A stretch of 64,000 nucleotides of DNA, taken from positions 64,001-128,000 of the forward strand of contig OY781945.1 of the NCBI GenBank assembly GCA_963677435.1, in the 5' to 3' direction. Below the pieces are notes generated by a model. That model searched no databases, was not told the origin of the DNA, and saw only the letters and a list, made by a program, of their open reading frames with translations. Below, piece after piece: positions 10,971 to 20,961 of this stretch (positions are counted from its first letter, which is position 1; every line of letters begins with the position of its first letter). The position numbers and the translations under genes are program-made. The stretch is from an uncultured Aliarcobacter sp. (GTDB lineage Bacteria; Campylobacterota; Campylobacteria; Campylobacterales; Arcobacteraceae).

Positions 10971-11638
10971 TGTTAAAGCCTTATGAAGCAAAATTACAAA
11001 GTGTAAAAGATGAAATATCGAAAATTGGTGTTGAAGTTATAGATTCATTAGAACTATCTTTAAGAGCATTGGAAGACAAAAAAATTGATGATTTAAAAAA
11101 TGTTGTAATTACTGAAAAAAAACTTTTAGTAAGATCAAATGAAATTGATAATCTTATAGTTACCACTTTAGCTTTATATTCACCAGAAGCAAAGGATTTA
11201 AGACAATTAGTTTCTTATTTAAAAATTACAAATGAATTAGTGAGAACAGGTTCAAATACAAAAGATTTTTCAAAAATGTTTAAAAAATCATATTCAGATG
11301 ATTTAAATACAAGTATGATTTTAGAATATGCAATTCCATTATTAAAATCAGCACTTCTTTCATTAAAAACAGCTATTTCAATCATTGATGAAACAAATGC
11401 AAAACATATTGAAGAGAAATACCATAGAGTTATGGTTGAAGAGAGTAAAACAGATGATTTATATTTAATGATTGAGAAAAATATTTTAAAATTAATCTCA
11501 AAAAATTTAGATTTATCAAAAGAGTATTTTGACATATTAAGTGCACTAAGAAGACTTGAGAAAATAGCAGATAGAGCTGTATCAATTGCCAATTTATTGC
11601 ACTTTGCACAAGTTGGTGGGGATATGGTACAATCATAA
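10970..11638 (+). CDS. phoU: phosphate signalling protein PhoU
   Basis: SPEAKDLR and LEKIADRA PhoU-like repeats; follows pstB. Confidence 0.88.
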   Translation: MLKPYEAKLQSVKDEISKIGVEVIDSLELSLRALEDKKIDDLKNVVITEKKLLVRSNEIDNLIVTTLALYSPEAKDLRQLVSYLKITNELVRTGSNTKDFSKMFKKSYSDDLNTSMILEYAIPLLKSALLSLKTAISIIDETNAKHIEEKYHRVMVEESKTDDLYLMIEKNILKLISKNLDLSKEYFDILSALRRLEKIADRAVSIANLLHFAQVGGDMVQS

Positions 11639-11660
11639 TATTTATGGTACAATTCACCAA

Positions 11661-12110
11661 ATGAAAAAAGCTTTAAACAAAATAAAAAACTACTTCAGTA
11701 CAAACTTTGAAGTCCTTGCAGCAATGTTTATTTTAATAATAGTATTAATTGCTGGCATAGACTTTTATAAAGCTATCATCTTAATGTTAGAGTTTATTGT
11801 TATTATGGAAGTTGTGAAAATGATTTCAGATTTTATCAAAAAAGAGACTTTGAGATTAAGATATGTTATTGATATTTTTATCATTTTCTTAATCCGTGAT
11901 GTAATAATTCTAACAACAAATAAAAATCGAGATTACTTTGATATTACATTTTTATTATTTGTAATTTTTGTATTTTTTATATTTAGGATTCTTGCTATTA
12001 AGTTCTCTCCAGGAATTATTAAGATTTCAAAAGATACAGTGATTGAATATGATGATGATAGACCAAATAAAAAAGTTGTAACACAAAAAGAGTCAAACCA
12101 AGATGAATAA
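11661..12110 (+). CDS. PsiE-family phosphate-starvation membrane protein
   Basis: Hydrophobic, LRYVIDIFIIFLIRDVII pattern of the PsiE family; pho context; ATG 11661 preferred over 11586. Confidence 0.7.
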   Translation: MKKALNKIKNYFSTNFEVLAAMFILIIVLIAGIDFYKAIILMLEFIVIMEVVKMISDFIKKETLRLRYVIDIFIIFLIRDVIILTTNKNRDYFDITFLLFVIFVFFIFRILAIKFSPGIIKISKDTVIEYDDDRPNKKVVTQKESNQDE

Positions 12111-12777
12111 TAAACTAATTTTAATTGTTGAAGATGAAGAAGATATTTTAGAACTTCTAGAATATACTCTGCAAAAAGAGGGTTATGAAACTATTGGTTT
12201 TTTAACTATTGATAAAAATGTTAGAAATATCTTAAATGAAGAACATATTGATTTAATTTTAATGGATAGAAATCTTCCTGGAATTGAGGGAACTACTTTT
12301 ATTAATGAAATTAAACAACAAGGTTATAGTAATCCTGTAATTTATGTAACAGCCAAAGATAAAGATGAAGATATAATCGATGGTTTCGACAGCCATGCAG
12401 ATGATTATATTACAAAACCTTTTAATATGAAAGAGTTATGTGCAAGAATCAAAGCTGTTATAAAAAGAACATCAAAAGATATTGATATTTTAAAAGTAAA
12501 AGATATTGTATATAAAGCTTCAAATAAAAAGTTTTATATAGAAGATAAAGAGATAGATTTAACTCACCTTGAACATGATTTATTACTTGAATTTATTAAA
12601 AATAAAGATATTTTAATGACAAGAGAACATCTATTAAATAGTGTTTGGCAAGACTCTTTTGATAAAAAAGAAAAAACTGTAAATGTTGCAATAAAAAGAC
12701 TAAAAGCAAAGATTGATCCCAAAGGGGATAAAGATTATATCCGTTCAATTAGAGGTGAAGGTTACATTTTTTGCTAA
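12103..12777 (+). CDS. OmpR-family response regulator (PhoB/PhosR-like)
   Basis: VEDEED, LMDRNLPG, ADDYITKPF, winged helix ...IRGEGY; pst cluster context. Confidence 0.88.
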   Translation: MNNKLILIVEDEEDILELLEYTLQKEGYETIGFLTIDKNVRNILNEEHIDLILMDRNLPGIEGTTFINEIKQQGYSNPVIYVTAKDKDEDIIDGFDSHADDYITKPFNMKELCARIKAVIKRTSKDIDILKVKDIVYKASNKKFYIEDKEIDLTHLEHDLLLEFIKNKDILMTREHLLNSVWQDSFDKKEKTVNVAIKRLKAKIDPKGDKDYIRSIRGEGYIFC

Positions 12778-14159
12778 GAATACATCAACTTTTTATAAGA
12801 ACTTATACCTCAATCTTTCTAGCTATTTTGGTAACTTTGACCATAATTACATATTTTTGGTCAAAAAATATCTATTTAAATTTAATTGAAAAAAACTTAT
12901 TACAAAATATTGAAACTCTATCTATCGTTTTCAAAGATAAAAATGATTTAAATGATATTACAAATATTGTACATAACTTACATGAAAAACTAAATCTTAG
13001 AATAACTGTTATAAATGAGTTAGGAGTTGTAATTGCAGATAGTGATAAAACGGAACTATCTTTAATCAAAAATCATTTAAATAGAAAAGAGATAATTGAA
13101 GCGACAAATAAAGAGATAGGAACCGATACCAGAAAATCTGAGACTATAAATAAAGAGCTTATGTATATAGCAAAAAAGATTATTATTGCTGATCATATTT
13201 ATTATATAAGAATGGCTGATTATGTAAGTGCCATTACAGATAATTTTGTAAGTCTTACCTTAGAAATTTTCATGTTTATATCATTTTTTTTAATCATTGC
13301 ATTTTTAGCAACATATTTTATTAGTCTTCGTATAAAAAAAGAAACAGATGATATCCTTCATTTTTTAACTCTATTAGCTCAAAAGAAGTCTTCTGCAATA
13401 ATGAATTCAAAATATACATATGAATTTTATAGAATTACAAAACTTCTAAATAAAGTTGCATTAAAACTTTCAAAAAGAGAGAAACAAAAAGCAAAACAAA
13501 ATGCAAAATTAAAACTTGCAAATAGACAAAAAGATGAAATTATCTCTGCAATTTCCCATGAATTCAAAAATCCAATTGCAATTATTTCAGGTTATAGTGA
13601 AACTATTTTAAATGACAATCAAATGCCACAAGCTATGAAAACAAAATTTTTACATAAAATTTATTCAAATGCAAATAAGATGTCTCATATAATTGATAAA
13701 TTAAGATTAACTCTAAAATTGGAAGAAGGAAAACAAGAATTGATGTTGATTCCTTGCTCTATGAAAAAATTAATAGAAACTTGTGTTTGTGATTTAAAAG
13801 ATAAATATAAAAACAGAGAAATAGTAATTTTAGGAGAAGATGTAACTCTAAAAGTTGATGAAACTCTTATTTCAATGGCCATTTCTAATTTGATTGAGAA
13901 CTCTTTAAAATATTCAGAGGATGAAATTATTGTAAATATTTCACCAAACTCTATTTGTATCACAGATAAAGGTATAGGAATAGAAGAAAAAGAGTTAGAA
14001 AAAATAAATCAGAAGTTTTATAGAATTTCAAATAATGGATGGAACAATTCCCTTGGATTGGGACTTTTTATCGTTCAATCAGTGTTATCTTTACATAATT
14101 TTACACTTGAAATTCATTCTGAATTTAAAATAGGTTCACAATTTTCAATAAAATATTAA
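12771..14159 (+). CDS. sensor histidine kinase (PhoR/PhosS-like)
   Basis: Two TM segments, H-box SHEFKNP, NLIENSLKYS, DKGIGI, GLGLFIV. Confidence 0.88.
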   Translation: MLRIHQLFIRTYTSIFLAILVTLTIITYFWSKNIYLNLIEKNLLQNIETLSIVFKDKNDLNDITNIVHNLHEKLNLRITVINELGVVIADSDKTELSLIKNHLNRKEIIEATNKEIGTDTRKSETINKELMYIAKKIIIADHIYYIRMADYVSAITDNFVSLTLEIFMFISFFLIIAFLATYFISLRIKKETDDILHFLTLLAQKKSSAIMNSKYTYEFYRITKLLNKVALKLSKREKQKAKQNAKLKLANRQKDEIISAISHEFKNPIAIISGYSETILNDNQMPQAMKTKFLHKIYSNANKMSHIIDKLRLTLKLEEGKQELMLIPCSMKKLIETCVCDLKDKYKNREIVILGEDVTLKVDETLISMAISNLIENSLKYSEDEIIVNISPNSICITDKGIGIEEKELEKINQKFYRISNNGWNNSLGLGLFIVQSVLSLHNFTLEIHSEFKIGSQFSIKY

Positions 14160-14234
14160 TATATACTTAATTTAAGTAAATATTAAGCATTACTACACTA
14201 TTATTTCACCTCATTAAAAAAGCGGAGAAAATAA

Positions 14235-14654
14235 ATGAAATTTACTCAAATGGCACATGCTAACGAAATCGAAAGAGATTGGATAGTAGTTGATGCAACT
14301 GATAAAGTATTCGGAAGAATTATTACAGAAGTTGCTACTATCTTAAGAGGGAAAAACAAACCTTGTTTTACACCAAATGTAGACTGTGGAGATTTTGTTG
14401 TTATTATAAATGCATCAAAAGCAAAATTTTCTGGTAAAAAATTAGAAAGTAAAAATTACTTTACACACTCAGGTTATTTTGGTAGTACAAAAACTCACAA
14501 AATGTCTGAAATGTTTGAAAAAAATCCAGAAAAATTATACAAACTAGCTACTAGAGGTATGCTTCCAAAAACTACTCTTGGAAAAGCTATGTTAAAAAAA
14601 TTAAAAGTATATGCAGGAAGTGAACACCCTCATACTGCGCAAATTAAAGGATAA
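14235..14654 (+). CDS. rplM: 50S ribosomal protein L13
   Basis: [28 protein letters not shown]. Confidence 0.98.
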   Translation: MKFTQMAHANEIERDWIVVDATDKVFGRIITEVATILRGKNKPCFTPNVDCGDFVVIINASKAKFSGKKLESKNYFTHSGYFGSTKTHKMSEMFEKNPEKLYKLATRGMLPKTTLGKAMLKKLKVYAGSEHPHTAQIKG

Positions 14655-14659
14655 GAGTA

Positions 14660-15049
14660 ATGGCAAAAGTATATGCAACTGGAAGAAGAAAAACAGCTGT
14701 AGCAAAAGTATGGCTAGAAAATGGTAATGGTCAATTAACAATTAATGGTCAAACTTTAGATGCTTGGTTAGGTGGTCACGAATCAATCAAAAAAAGAGTT
14801 ATGCAACCATTAAATGTTGCTAAACAAGAAACTTCTGTAAACATTATAGTAAAAACTCTTGGTGGTGGATATTCTGCACAAGCTGATGCTGCAAGACACG
14901 GTATTTCAAGAGCATTAGTTGCTTTTGATGAGCAATTCAGAGCTATCTTAAAACCTTATGGTTTATTAACAAGAGATTCAAGATCTGTAGAGAGAAAAAA
15001 ATTCGGAAAGAAAAAAGCAAGAAAATCTTCTCAATTCTCAAAAAGATAA
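14660..15049 (+). CDS. rpsI: 30S ribosomal protein S9
   Basis: [33 protein letters not shown]. Confidence 0.98.
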   Translation: MAKVYATGRRKTAVAKVWLENGNGQLTINGQTLDAWLGGHESIKKRVMQPLNVAKQETSVNIIVKTLGGGYSAQADAARHGISRALVAFDEQFRAILKPYGLLTRDSRSVERKKFGKKKARKSSQFSKR

Positions 15050-15084
15050 TTGTTATTTCGAAGAGTATATTTCTTACTATTCTC

Positions 15085-15117
15085 AAAAAAGGAGCGACAA
15101 ATGTTGCTCCTTTTTTT
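15085..15117 (+). terminator. intrinsic terminator of rplM-rpsI
   Basis: AAAAAAGGAGCGACA-aa-TGTTGCTCCTTTTTTT. Confidence 0.85.
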
Positions 15118-15153
15118 ATGCACTTTTTTATAAAAAAACTATACAATACTTTC

Positions 15154-16668
15154 ATGAAAAAGTTAACCCTACTCTTATTTACAATACAATTTTTGTTATT
15201 TACTGCAAGTGCAAGTACCTTAAATCTATCAATGAGTTCAAGTCCTAGTAGATTAAATCCTATTTTATCAAATGACACAGCTAGTAGTGAAATATCTGAT
15301 TGGCTCTTTAATGGTTTATTCAAATATGATAAAGATGGAAAACCTACTGTTGAATTAGCCAAATCTTATAACTTTGAAACTCCAACCAAATTAATTATAA
15401 AACTAAGAGATAATGTTCTTTGGCATGATAATGAAAAGTTCACATCAAAAGATGTAATTTTTACTTATGAAAAAATCATTGATCCAAAAGTATTTAATTC
15501 TATTAAATCAAATTTTAAACAAGTACAAAGCGTGAAAGCAATAGATGACTATACTATTGAAGTAATTTATAAAGAACCCTACTTCAAAGCTTTGGAGACT
15601 TGGATGGTAGGTATTCTTCCTTATCATATTTTAAAAGATGAAAAAGATTTAATGACAAGTTCATTTAATAAAAATCCAATAGGAACTGGTTCTTATAAAT
15701 TAAAAGATTTTAAACAAGGTCAAGATATTGAACTAATTGCAAATGATAAATTTTTTGATGGAAGACCAAAAATTGATAAAATCTTATATAAGTTTCTTCC
15801 AGATCCTAATACTTCTTTTTTATATTTAAAACAAAAAAAACTTGATATTGGAGGATTAGATCCTATTCAAGTAGATAGACAAATAGATAATGAATTTAAA
15901 AAGAACTATACAATAATTCAAAAGCCTAGTTTCACTTATGCTTATTTGGGCTTTAATTTAAAAAATGAAAAATTTAAAGATATACGAATTAGACAAGCTT
16001 TATCATTAGCTATAAATAGACAAGAGTTAGTTGATATTTTGTTTTTTGGTTATGGAAAAGTTTGTAATGGACCTTTTTTACCAGGTTCATTTGCTTTTAA
16101 TGATGAAGTAAAAACCATACAACAAGATATACCAAAAGCAAAAAAACTTTTAAAAGAAGCAGGATATGATGAAAATCATCCTTTTACTTTTGAAATAGTT
16201 ACAAATACAGGAAATGACACAAGAATAAATGCTGCTCAAATATTACAATACCAGCTAAGAAAAGCTGGAATTATTATGAATATAAGAGTTATGGAGTGGC
16301 AAGCTTTTTTAAATACAGTTGTTCATCCAAGAAAATTTGAGGCTGTACTTTTAGGTTGGGCATTAGCATTAATGCCTGATGCATATCCAATTTGGCATAG
16401 TTCAAGTAGTAAACTTGGAGGATTTAATTTTGTTTCTTATGAAAATCCTGAAGTGGATACCTTAATTGAAGAGGGAAGCAAAACTATAAATAGAGATGAC
16501 TTAGGGAAAATATATAAACAGATTTTCAAAAAAATCACCGATGATTTACCATATCTATTTTTGTATATACCTGATTCAATAAGTGTTGTTAATAAAGATA
16601 TAAAAAATATAGAACCATCTTTTATAGGTATTATGCATAACCAAAAAGATTGGGAAATAGAAGAATAA
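15154..16668 (+). CDS. peptide/nickel ABC substrate-binding protein (family 5)
   Basis: Signal peptide MKKLTLLL...ASA; PIGTGSYKL, IRQALSLAINRQ; ATG 15154 preferred. Confidence 0.88.
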   Translation: MKKLTLLLFTIQFLLFTASASTLNLSMSSSPSRLNPILSNDTASSEISDWLFNGLFKYDKDGKPTVELAKSYNFETPTKLIIKLRDNVLWHDNEKFTSKDVIFTYEKIIDPKVFNSIKSNFKQVQSVKAIDDYTIEVIYKEPYFKALETWMVGILPYHILKDEKDLMTSSFNKNPIGTGSYKLKDFKQGQDIELIANDKFFDGRPKIDKILYKFLPDPNTSFLYLKQKKLDIGGLDPIQVDRQIDNEFKKNYTIIQKPSFTYAYLGFNLKNEKFKDIRIRQALSLAINRQELVDILFFGYGKVCNGPFLPGSFAFNDEVKTIQQDIPKAKKLLKEAGYDENHPFTFEIVTNTGNDTRINAAQILQYQLRKAGIIMNIRVMEWQAFLNTVVHPRKFEAVLLGWALALMPDAYPIWHSSSSKLGGFNFVSYENPEVDTLIEEGSKTINRDDLGKIYKQIFKKITDDLPYLFLYIPDSISVVNKDIKNIEPSFIGIMHNQKDWEIEE

Positions 16669-16686
16669 AATAAGGATAATAAAAAT

Positions 16687-17340
16687 ATGAATAAAAATAA
16701 GATAATACTTTTTGATTTAGATGGAACTTTAATTGACTCAACGGATGCGATAGTTTCAACTTTTAAACACTCTTTTAAAGAACTAGATTTTGATTTTACA
16801 GGAAATGATGAAAATATTAAATCATTAATTGGTTATCCCCTTGATATTATGTACAAAGAGTTAGGAGTTGAAGAATCAAAAGTATGGGATTTTGTTGATG
16901 CTTATAAAAATAGATATAGAATAATTTCAAGAGAACAAACTTTACTTTTAGAAAATGCTTATGAAGCAGTATATGAAGCATCTTTATTTGCAAGAGTTAG
17001 CGTAGTTACTACAAAAACTAGAATGTATACGATGCCATTGTTAGAGCATTTTAATATAGAACAATTTTTTGAAATAGTAACAGGTAGAGAAAATGTTCAA
17101 AACCCAAAACCACATCCAGAACCAATTTTAATAACACTTGAACAGATGAATTATGATGAAAAGAAAGATTCTGTGTGGATGATTGGAGATACAAAATTAG
17201 ATTTAATCGCTGCAAATGACGCAAATGTAAATTCAATTGGTCTTTTATGTGGATATGGACAAGAAGATGAATTATTAAAATATACAAATATTGTAAAACC
17301 TGATGCATTAAGTGCAATAAATTACATAAAAAGCCTATAA
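16687..17340 (+). CDS. HAD-family hydrolase (phosphoglycolate phosphatase-like)
   Basis: FDLDGTL, KPHPEP, MIGDT..D motifs. Confidence 0.9.
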   Translation: MNKNKIILFDLDGTLIDSTDAIVSTFKHSFKELDFDFTGNDENIKSLIGYPLDIMYKELGVEESKVWDFVDAYKNRYRIISREQTLLLENAYEAVYEASLFARVSVVTTKTRMYTMPLLEHFNIEQFFEIVTGRENVQNPKPHPEPILITLEQMNYDEKKDSVWMIGDTKLDLIAANDANVNSIGLLCGYGQEDELLKYTNIVKPDALSAINYIKSL

Positions 17341-17503
17341 TATCATCTTTATTGGACTTAAAAATTGTCTAATTAGTTTTAGAATTACACTTTATAAATA
17401 GATCAATGAATAAAAGTTCATTTAAGCTAAAATTATTTATAATGGATAAGACTAATTTAAAATTTTAAGTCAAATTTAATATTAACAATAAAGGAGAGCC
17501 TCT

Positions 17504-18067
17504 ATGTTAGAAATTAGATGGCATAGTCGTGCTGGACAGGGTGCTGTAACCGGTGCAAAAGGTCTTGGTTCTGTTGTTGCTGAAACTGGTAAACAAGTTC
17601 AAGCTTTTGCTTTTTATGGTTCAGCAAAAAGAGGTGCATCAATGACTGCGTATAACAGAATTGATGATGAACCCATTTTAAATCATGAAAAATATATGCA
17701 GCCTGATTTTGTTTTTATATTAGATCCAGGTCTTGCGGTTACTGATAATATTACTGCTAATGGTAAAGATACAACTAAATATATTATTACTACTCACCTA
17801 AGTAAAGAAGAGTTAATCTCTTTAGTTCCTGAATTAGAAAATATAAAAGATAGAGTATTTATTCTTGACTGTTTCCAAATAGCAAGGGATACTATAGGTA
17901 AAGCTATTCCAAATACTCCAATGCTTGGTGCCTTTATGAAAGTTAGTGGAATGTTTGAACTTGATTATTTTAAAGAAAAAATGAAAGGTGTACTTAAAAA
18001 GTTACCACCAAACGTTATTGATGCAAACATGGTTGCAATCCAACGAGCTTACGATGAAGTTAAGTAA
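17504..18067 (+). CDS. porC: pyruvate:ferredoxin/flavodoxin oxidoreductase gamma subunit
   Basis: EIRWHSRAGQGAVT, YGSAKRGA, NTPMLGA. Confidence 0.9.
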   Translation: MLEIRWHSRAGQGAVTGAKGLGSVVAETGKQVQAFAFYGSAKRGASMTAYNRIDDEPILNHEKYMQPDFVFILDPGLAVTDNITANGKDTTKYIITTHLSKEELISLVPELENIKDRVFILDCFQIARDTIGKAIPNTPMLGAFMKVSGMFELDYFKEKMKGVLKKLPPNVIDANMVAIQRAYDEVK

Positions 18068-18077
18068 AGGATAAAAA

Positions 18078-18488
18078 ATGAGTAAAACAATTAGCGAAAT
18101 GGGATGGGATGAGTTAGTACCTGGTGCTGCTCTTTTTACATTCAATGGGGATATAAATTATAATATTGCAGATATTCAACCTGAAGATAGAATGTATTCA
18201 GAAACTAGCTCAAAAAGTATGAGTGTAGGTGACTGGAGAGTTATCAAACCAGTTTGGAATTCTGAGACATGTATTGACTGTCAAAATTGTTGGATATTCT
18301 GTCCAGATACATCAATCATTGCAAGAAACAAAGAGATGAAAGGTGTTGATTATGAACACTGTAAAGGGTGTGGATTATGTGTGAGCGTTTGCCCTACAAA
18401 TCCAAAATCTCTTTTAATGTTTAATGAATATGAAACAGTAGAAGATGCTCTTTCAAAATGGCCTGAGAAAAAAAAGAAAGGTGAATAA
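18078..18488 (+). CDS. porD: pyruvate oxidoreductase delta (2x[4Fe-4S]) subunit
   Basis: GDWRVIKP, CIDCQNCWIFCP and CKGCGLCVSVCP. Confidence 0.92.
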   Translation: MSKTISEMGWDELVPGAALFTFNGDINYNIADIQPEDRMYSETSSKSMSVGDWRVIKPVWNSETCIDCQNCWIFCPDTSIIARNKEMKGVDYEHCKGCGLCVSVCPTNPKSLLMFNEYETVEDALSKWPEKKKKGE

Positions 18489-18490
18489 TA

Positions 18491-19732
18491 ATGAATAAAA
18501 AAGTAATGGAATTAAAAAAAGTAGAAGTTTGGGATGGAAACATGGCAAACTCTCAGGCTTTAAGACAAGCCGATGTTGATGTTGTTGCTGCTTATCCTAT
18601 TACACCTTCAACGGCTACTGTTGAAAACTATGCAATGTTTCATGCAAATGGATATATTGATGGTGAAGTAATTATGGTTGAATCTGAACATGCTGCTATG
18701 TCTGGATGTGTTGGAGCTGGAGCTGCTGGTGGAAGAGTTGCAACTGCAACTTCATCTCAAGGACTTGCACTTATGATTGAGGTTTTATACCAAGCATCTG
18801 GTATGAGAATTCCTGTTGTTTTATGTTTAGTAAATAGAGCATTAGCAGCACCTCTAAATGTAAATGGTGACCACTCAGATTTATACTTAACAAGAGATTG
18901 TGGTTGGATTTCACTTGATGCTTTTTCTCCTCAACAAGCTTATGATATGACTTTAATGTCATTTAAAATTTCTGAACATCCAGATGTTAGACTTCCTGTT
19001 ATTTCTAATCAAGATGGATTTATGACTTCACATACAGCTCAAAATGTTACTCCTTTAGAAGATGAAGTGGCATCTAAATTTGTAGGTGAATATTTACAAG
19101 TAAATGCCCTATTAAATTTTGACAAACCTGTAACTCATGGAGTTCAAACTGAACAAGATTGGCATTTTGAGCATAAAGCAAAACAACATGCAGCTTTAAT
19201 GAATTCTAAAAAAGTTATTCTTGAAACATTTAAAGAGTTCAAAGAATTAACAGGAAGAGAATATAAACTTGTTGAAACTTATGGTGAAGCAGATGCTGAT
19301 ATTGCAATTGTTTGTTTAGGTTCAACTTTTGAAACAGCAATGCTTGCAATTAAACAATTAAAAGAAGAAGGAATAAATGCAGCTGTTGTAGCACCAAGAG
19401 TATTTAGACCTTTCCCCCTTGAAGAAGTTGCAGAGGCTTTACAAAATATGAAAGCAGTTGCATGTATGGATAGAAGTGCTCCTGGTGGAACTGTTGGAAC
19501 TTTATATAATGAAGTTGCAGGTGCACTAATTAATACACCTGCAAGACCTATAATCTCAAACTTAATTTATGGATTAGGTGGAAGAGATATGACAGTAGCT
19601 TTATTAAAAGATATTTATAGAACTTTAGATAAAGAAGCAAAAGAAGGTAAACTAGCTGGAAAAATCCAAAGATTTGTAGGAGTTAGAGGACCAGAACTTA
19701 GTTTCTATGAAGCACAAGGAGTACAAAAATGA
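18491..19732 (+). CDS. porA: pyruvate oxidoreductase alpha subunit
   Basis: AYPITPST, ESEHAA, TATSSQGL, YGLGGRD. Confidence 0.94.
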   Translation: MNKKVMELKKVEVWDGNMANSQALRQADVDVVAAYPITPSTATVENYAMFHANGYIDGEVIMVESEHAAMSGCVGAGAAGGRVATATSSQGLALMIEVLYQASGMRIPVVLCLVNRALAAPLNVNGDHSDLYLTRDCGWISLDAFSPQQAYDMTLMSFKISEHPDVRLPVISNQDGFMTSHTAQNVTPLEDEVASKFVGEYLQVNALLNFDKPVTHGVQTEQDWHFEHKAKQHAALMNSKKVILETFKEFKELTGREYKLVETYGEADADIAIVCLGSTFETAMLAIKQLKEEGINAAVVAPRVFRPFPLEEVAEALQNMKAVACMDRSAPGGTVGTLYNEVAGALINTPARPIISNLIYGLGGRDMTVALLKDIYRTLDKEAKEGKLAGKIQRFVGVRGPELSFYEAQGVQK

Positions 19733-20697
19733 GTACACTTATCAATACTCAAAAAGAGATTAAAAATTTAAAAACTTTCTCAACTGCTGCTGAGAGATTT
19801 GAGGGTTCACACCTTTTATGTCCAGGTTGTGCTCACTCTATTATTGTAAGAGAAGTTTTAAATGCAACAAATGATAATTTAGTAGTATCAGCTTCAACAG
19901 GATGTTTAGAAGTTTGTACAGCGATTTATCCTCATACTTCATGGGATTGTTCTTGGATTCATATTGGATTTGAAAACTCATCAACTGCAATGGCAGGAGT
20001 TGAGACAATGAATAAAGCTTTAAGAAATAAAGGAAGAATTCCAGCTGATGCTCCTCAACCAAAATTCGTAACATTTGGTGGAGATGGCTCAACTTATGAT
20101 ATTGGATTCCAATGGATTTCTGGATGTTTTGAGCGAGGACATGACTTTATGTATGTTTGTTTAGACAATGAAGTTTATGCAAATACAGGAGGACAAAGAT
20201 CTTCTTCAACTCCAATTGGTTCAAGTACAACAACAGCACCAGCTGGTTCTCACTCATATGGTGAAAAAAGACAGAAAAAAGATATTGTTTCTATTATGGC
20301 AGCTCATGGTGCACCTTATGTTGCTCAAGTTGCTCCAAATAAATGGAAAGATATGGTTAAAAAAATCCAAAGAGGATTTGATACACATGGACCTGTGTTT
20401 ATAAATGCAATGAGTGCATGTACAACTGAGTGGAAATTTGCTCCAAATCAAACTATTGAAGTTTCTGATTTAGCAGTTGATTCACTTGTTTTCCCATTAT
20501 ATGAAATCATTGATGGAAGAGAATTAAATATTACTTACAGACCAAAAACTATTGTTCCTGTTAGGGATTATTTAGGTGCACAACCAAGATTTAAACACTT
20601 ATTTAAGCCTGAATATGAATACTTAATCGACGAATGGCAAAAAAGAGTTGATGAAAGATGGGTATTCTTACAAAAAAGAGAAGAGATAAGAATGTAA
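19729..20697 (+). CDS. porB: pyruvate oxidoreductase beta subunit
   Basis: LCPGC, TPP motif GGDG...DNEVYANTGGQ. Confidence 0.94.
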   Translation: MSTLINTQKEIKNLKTFSTAAERFEGSHLLCPGCAHSIIVREVLNATNDNLVVSASTGCLEVCTAIYPHTSWDCSWIHIGFENSSTAMAGVETMNKALRNKGRIPADAPQPKFVTFGGDGSTYDIGFQWISGCFERGHDFMYVCLDNEVYANTGGQRSSSTPIGSSTTTAPAGSHSYGEKRQKKDIVSIMAAHGAPYVAQVAPNKWKDMVKKIQRGFDTHGPVFINAMSACTTEWKFAPNQTIEVSDLAVDSLVFPLYEIIDGRELNITYRPKTIVPVRDYLGAQPRFKHLFKPEYEYLIDEWQKRVDERWVFLQKREEIRM

Positions 20698-20732
20698 TCT
20701 CTTTTGTAAAGAAAAATAAAACTTTTTAGAAG

Positions 20733-20932
20733 ATTTTATTTTTCTTACATTTTTTTTTCATACTATTACAAGGTCAATTTAAAACACCTCCTGTTTTTAT
20801 ATATGGCGTAATAAAAATACAATCAAATTTCCCCTTTCCCATTTCATTTTTTAGCTTCCTTTTGAAATGGGAATTTTAATTTTCAAAATCTTTTAAAAAT
20901 TTTATTTTTCTTACATTTTTTTCACATAACAT
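20733..20932 (+). repeat. 24-bp direct repeat, each copy followed by a -10-like hexamer
   Basis: ATTTTATTTTTCTTACATTTTTTT at 20733-20756 and 20899-20922; TACTAT (20761) and TAACAT (20927) both start 17 nt after the start of CTTACAT. Confidence 0.8.
20772..20880 (+). ncRNA. candidate small RNA with exposed anti-SD loops
   Basis: -10 at 20761; hairpin AAAACA-CCTCC-TGTTTT; 3' hairpin TTCCCATTTCA/TGAAATGGGAA with C/U-rich loop, then a T-rich tail; no meaningful ORF seen. Confidence 0.5.
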
Positions 20933-20961
20933 TACATATAGTAAATAACAAAGGATCATAA

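Noticed and set aside
20733..20922. CRISPR-like direct repeat
   Set aside because: Only two low-complexity copies 166 bp apart and no cas genes; better explained as a duplicated promoter.
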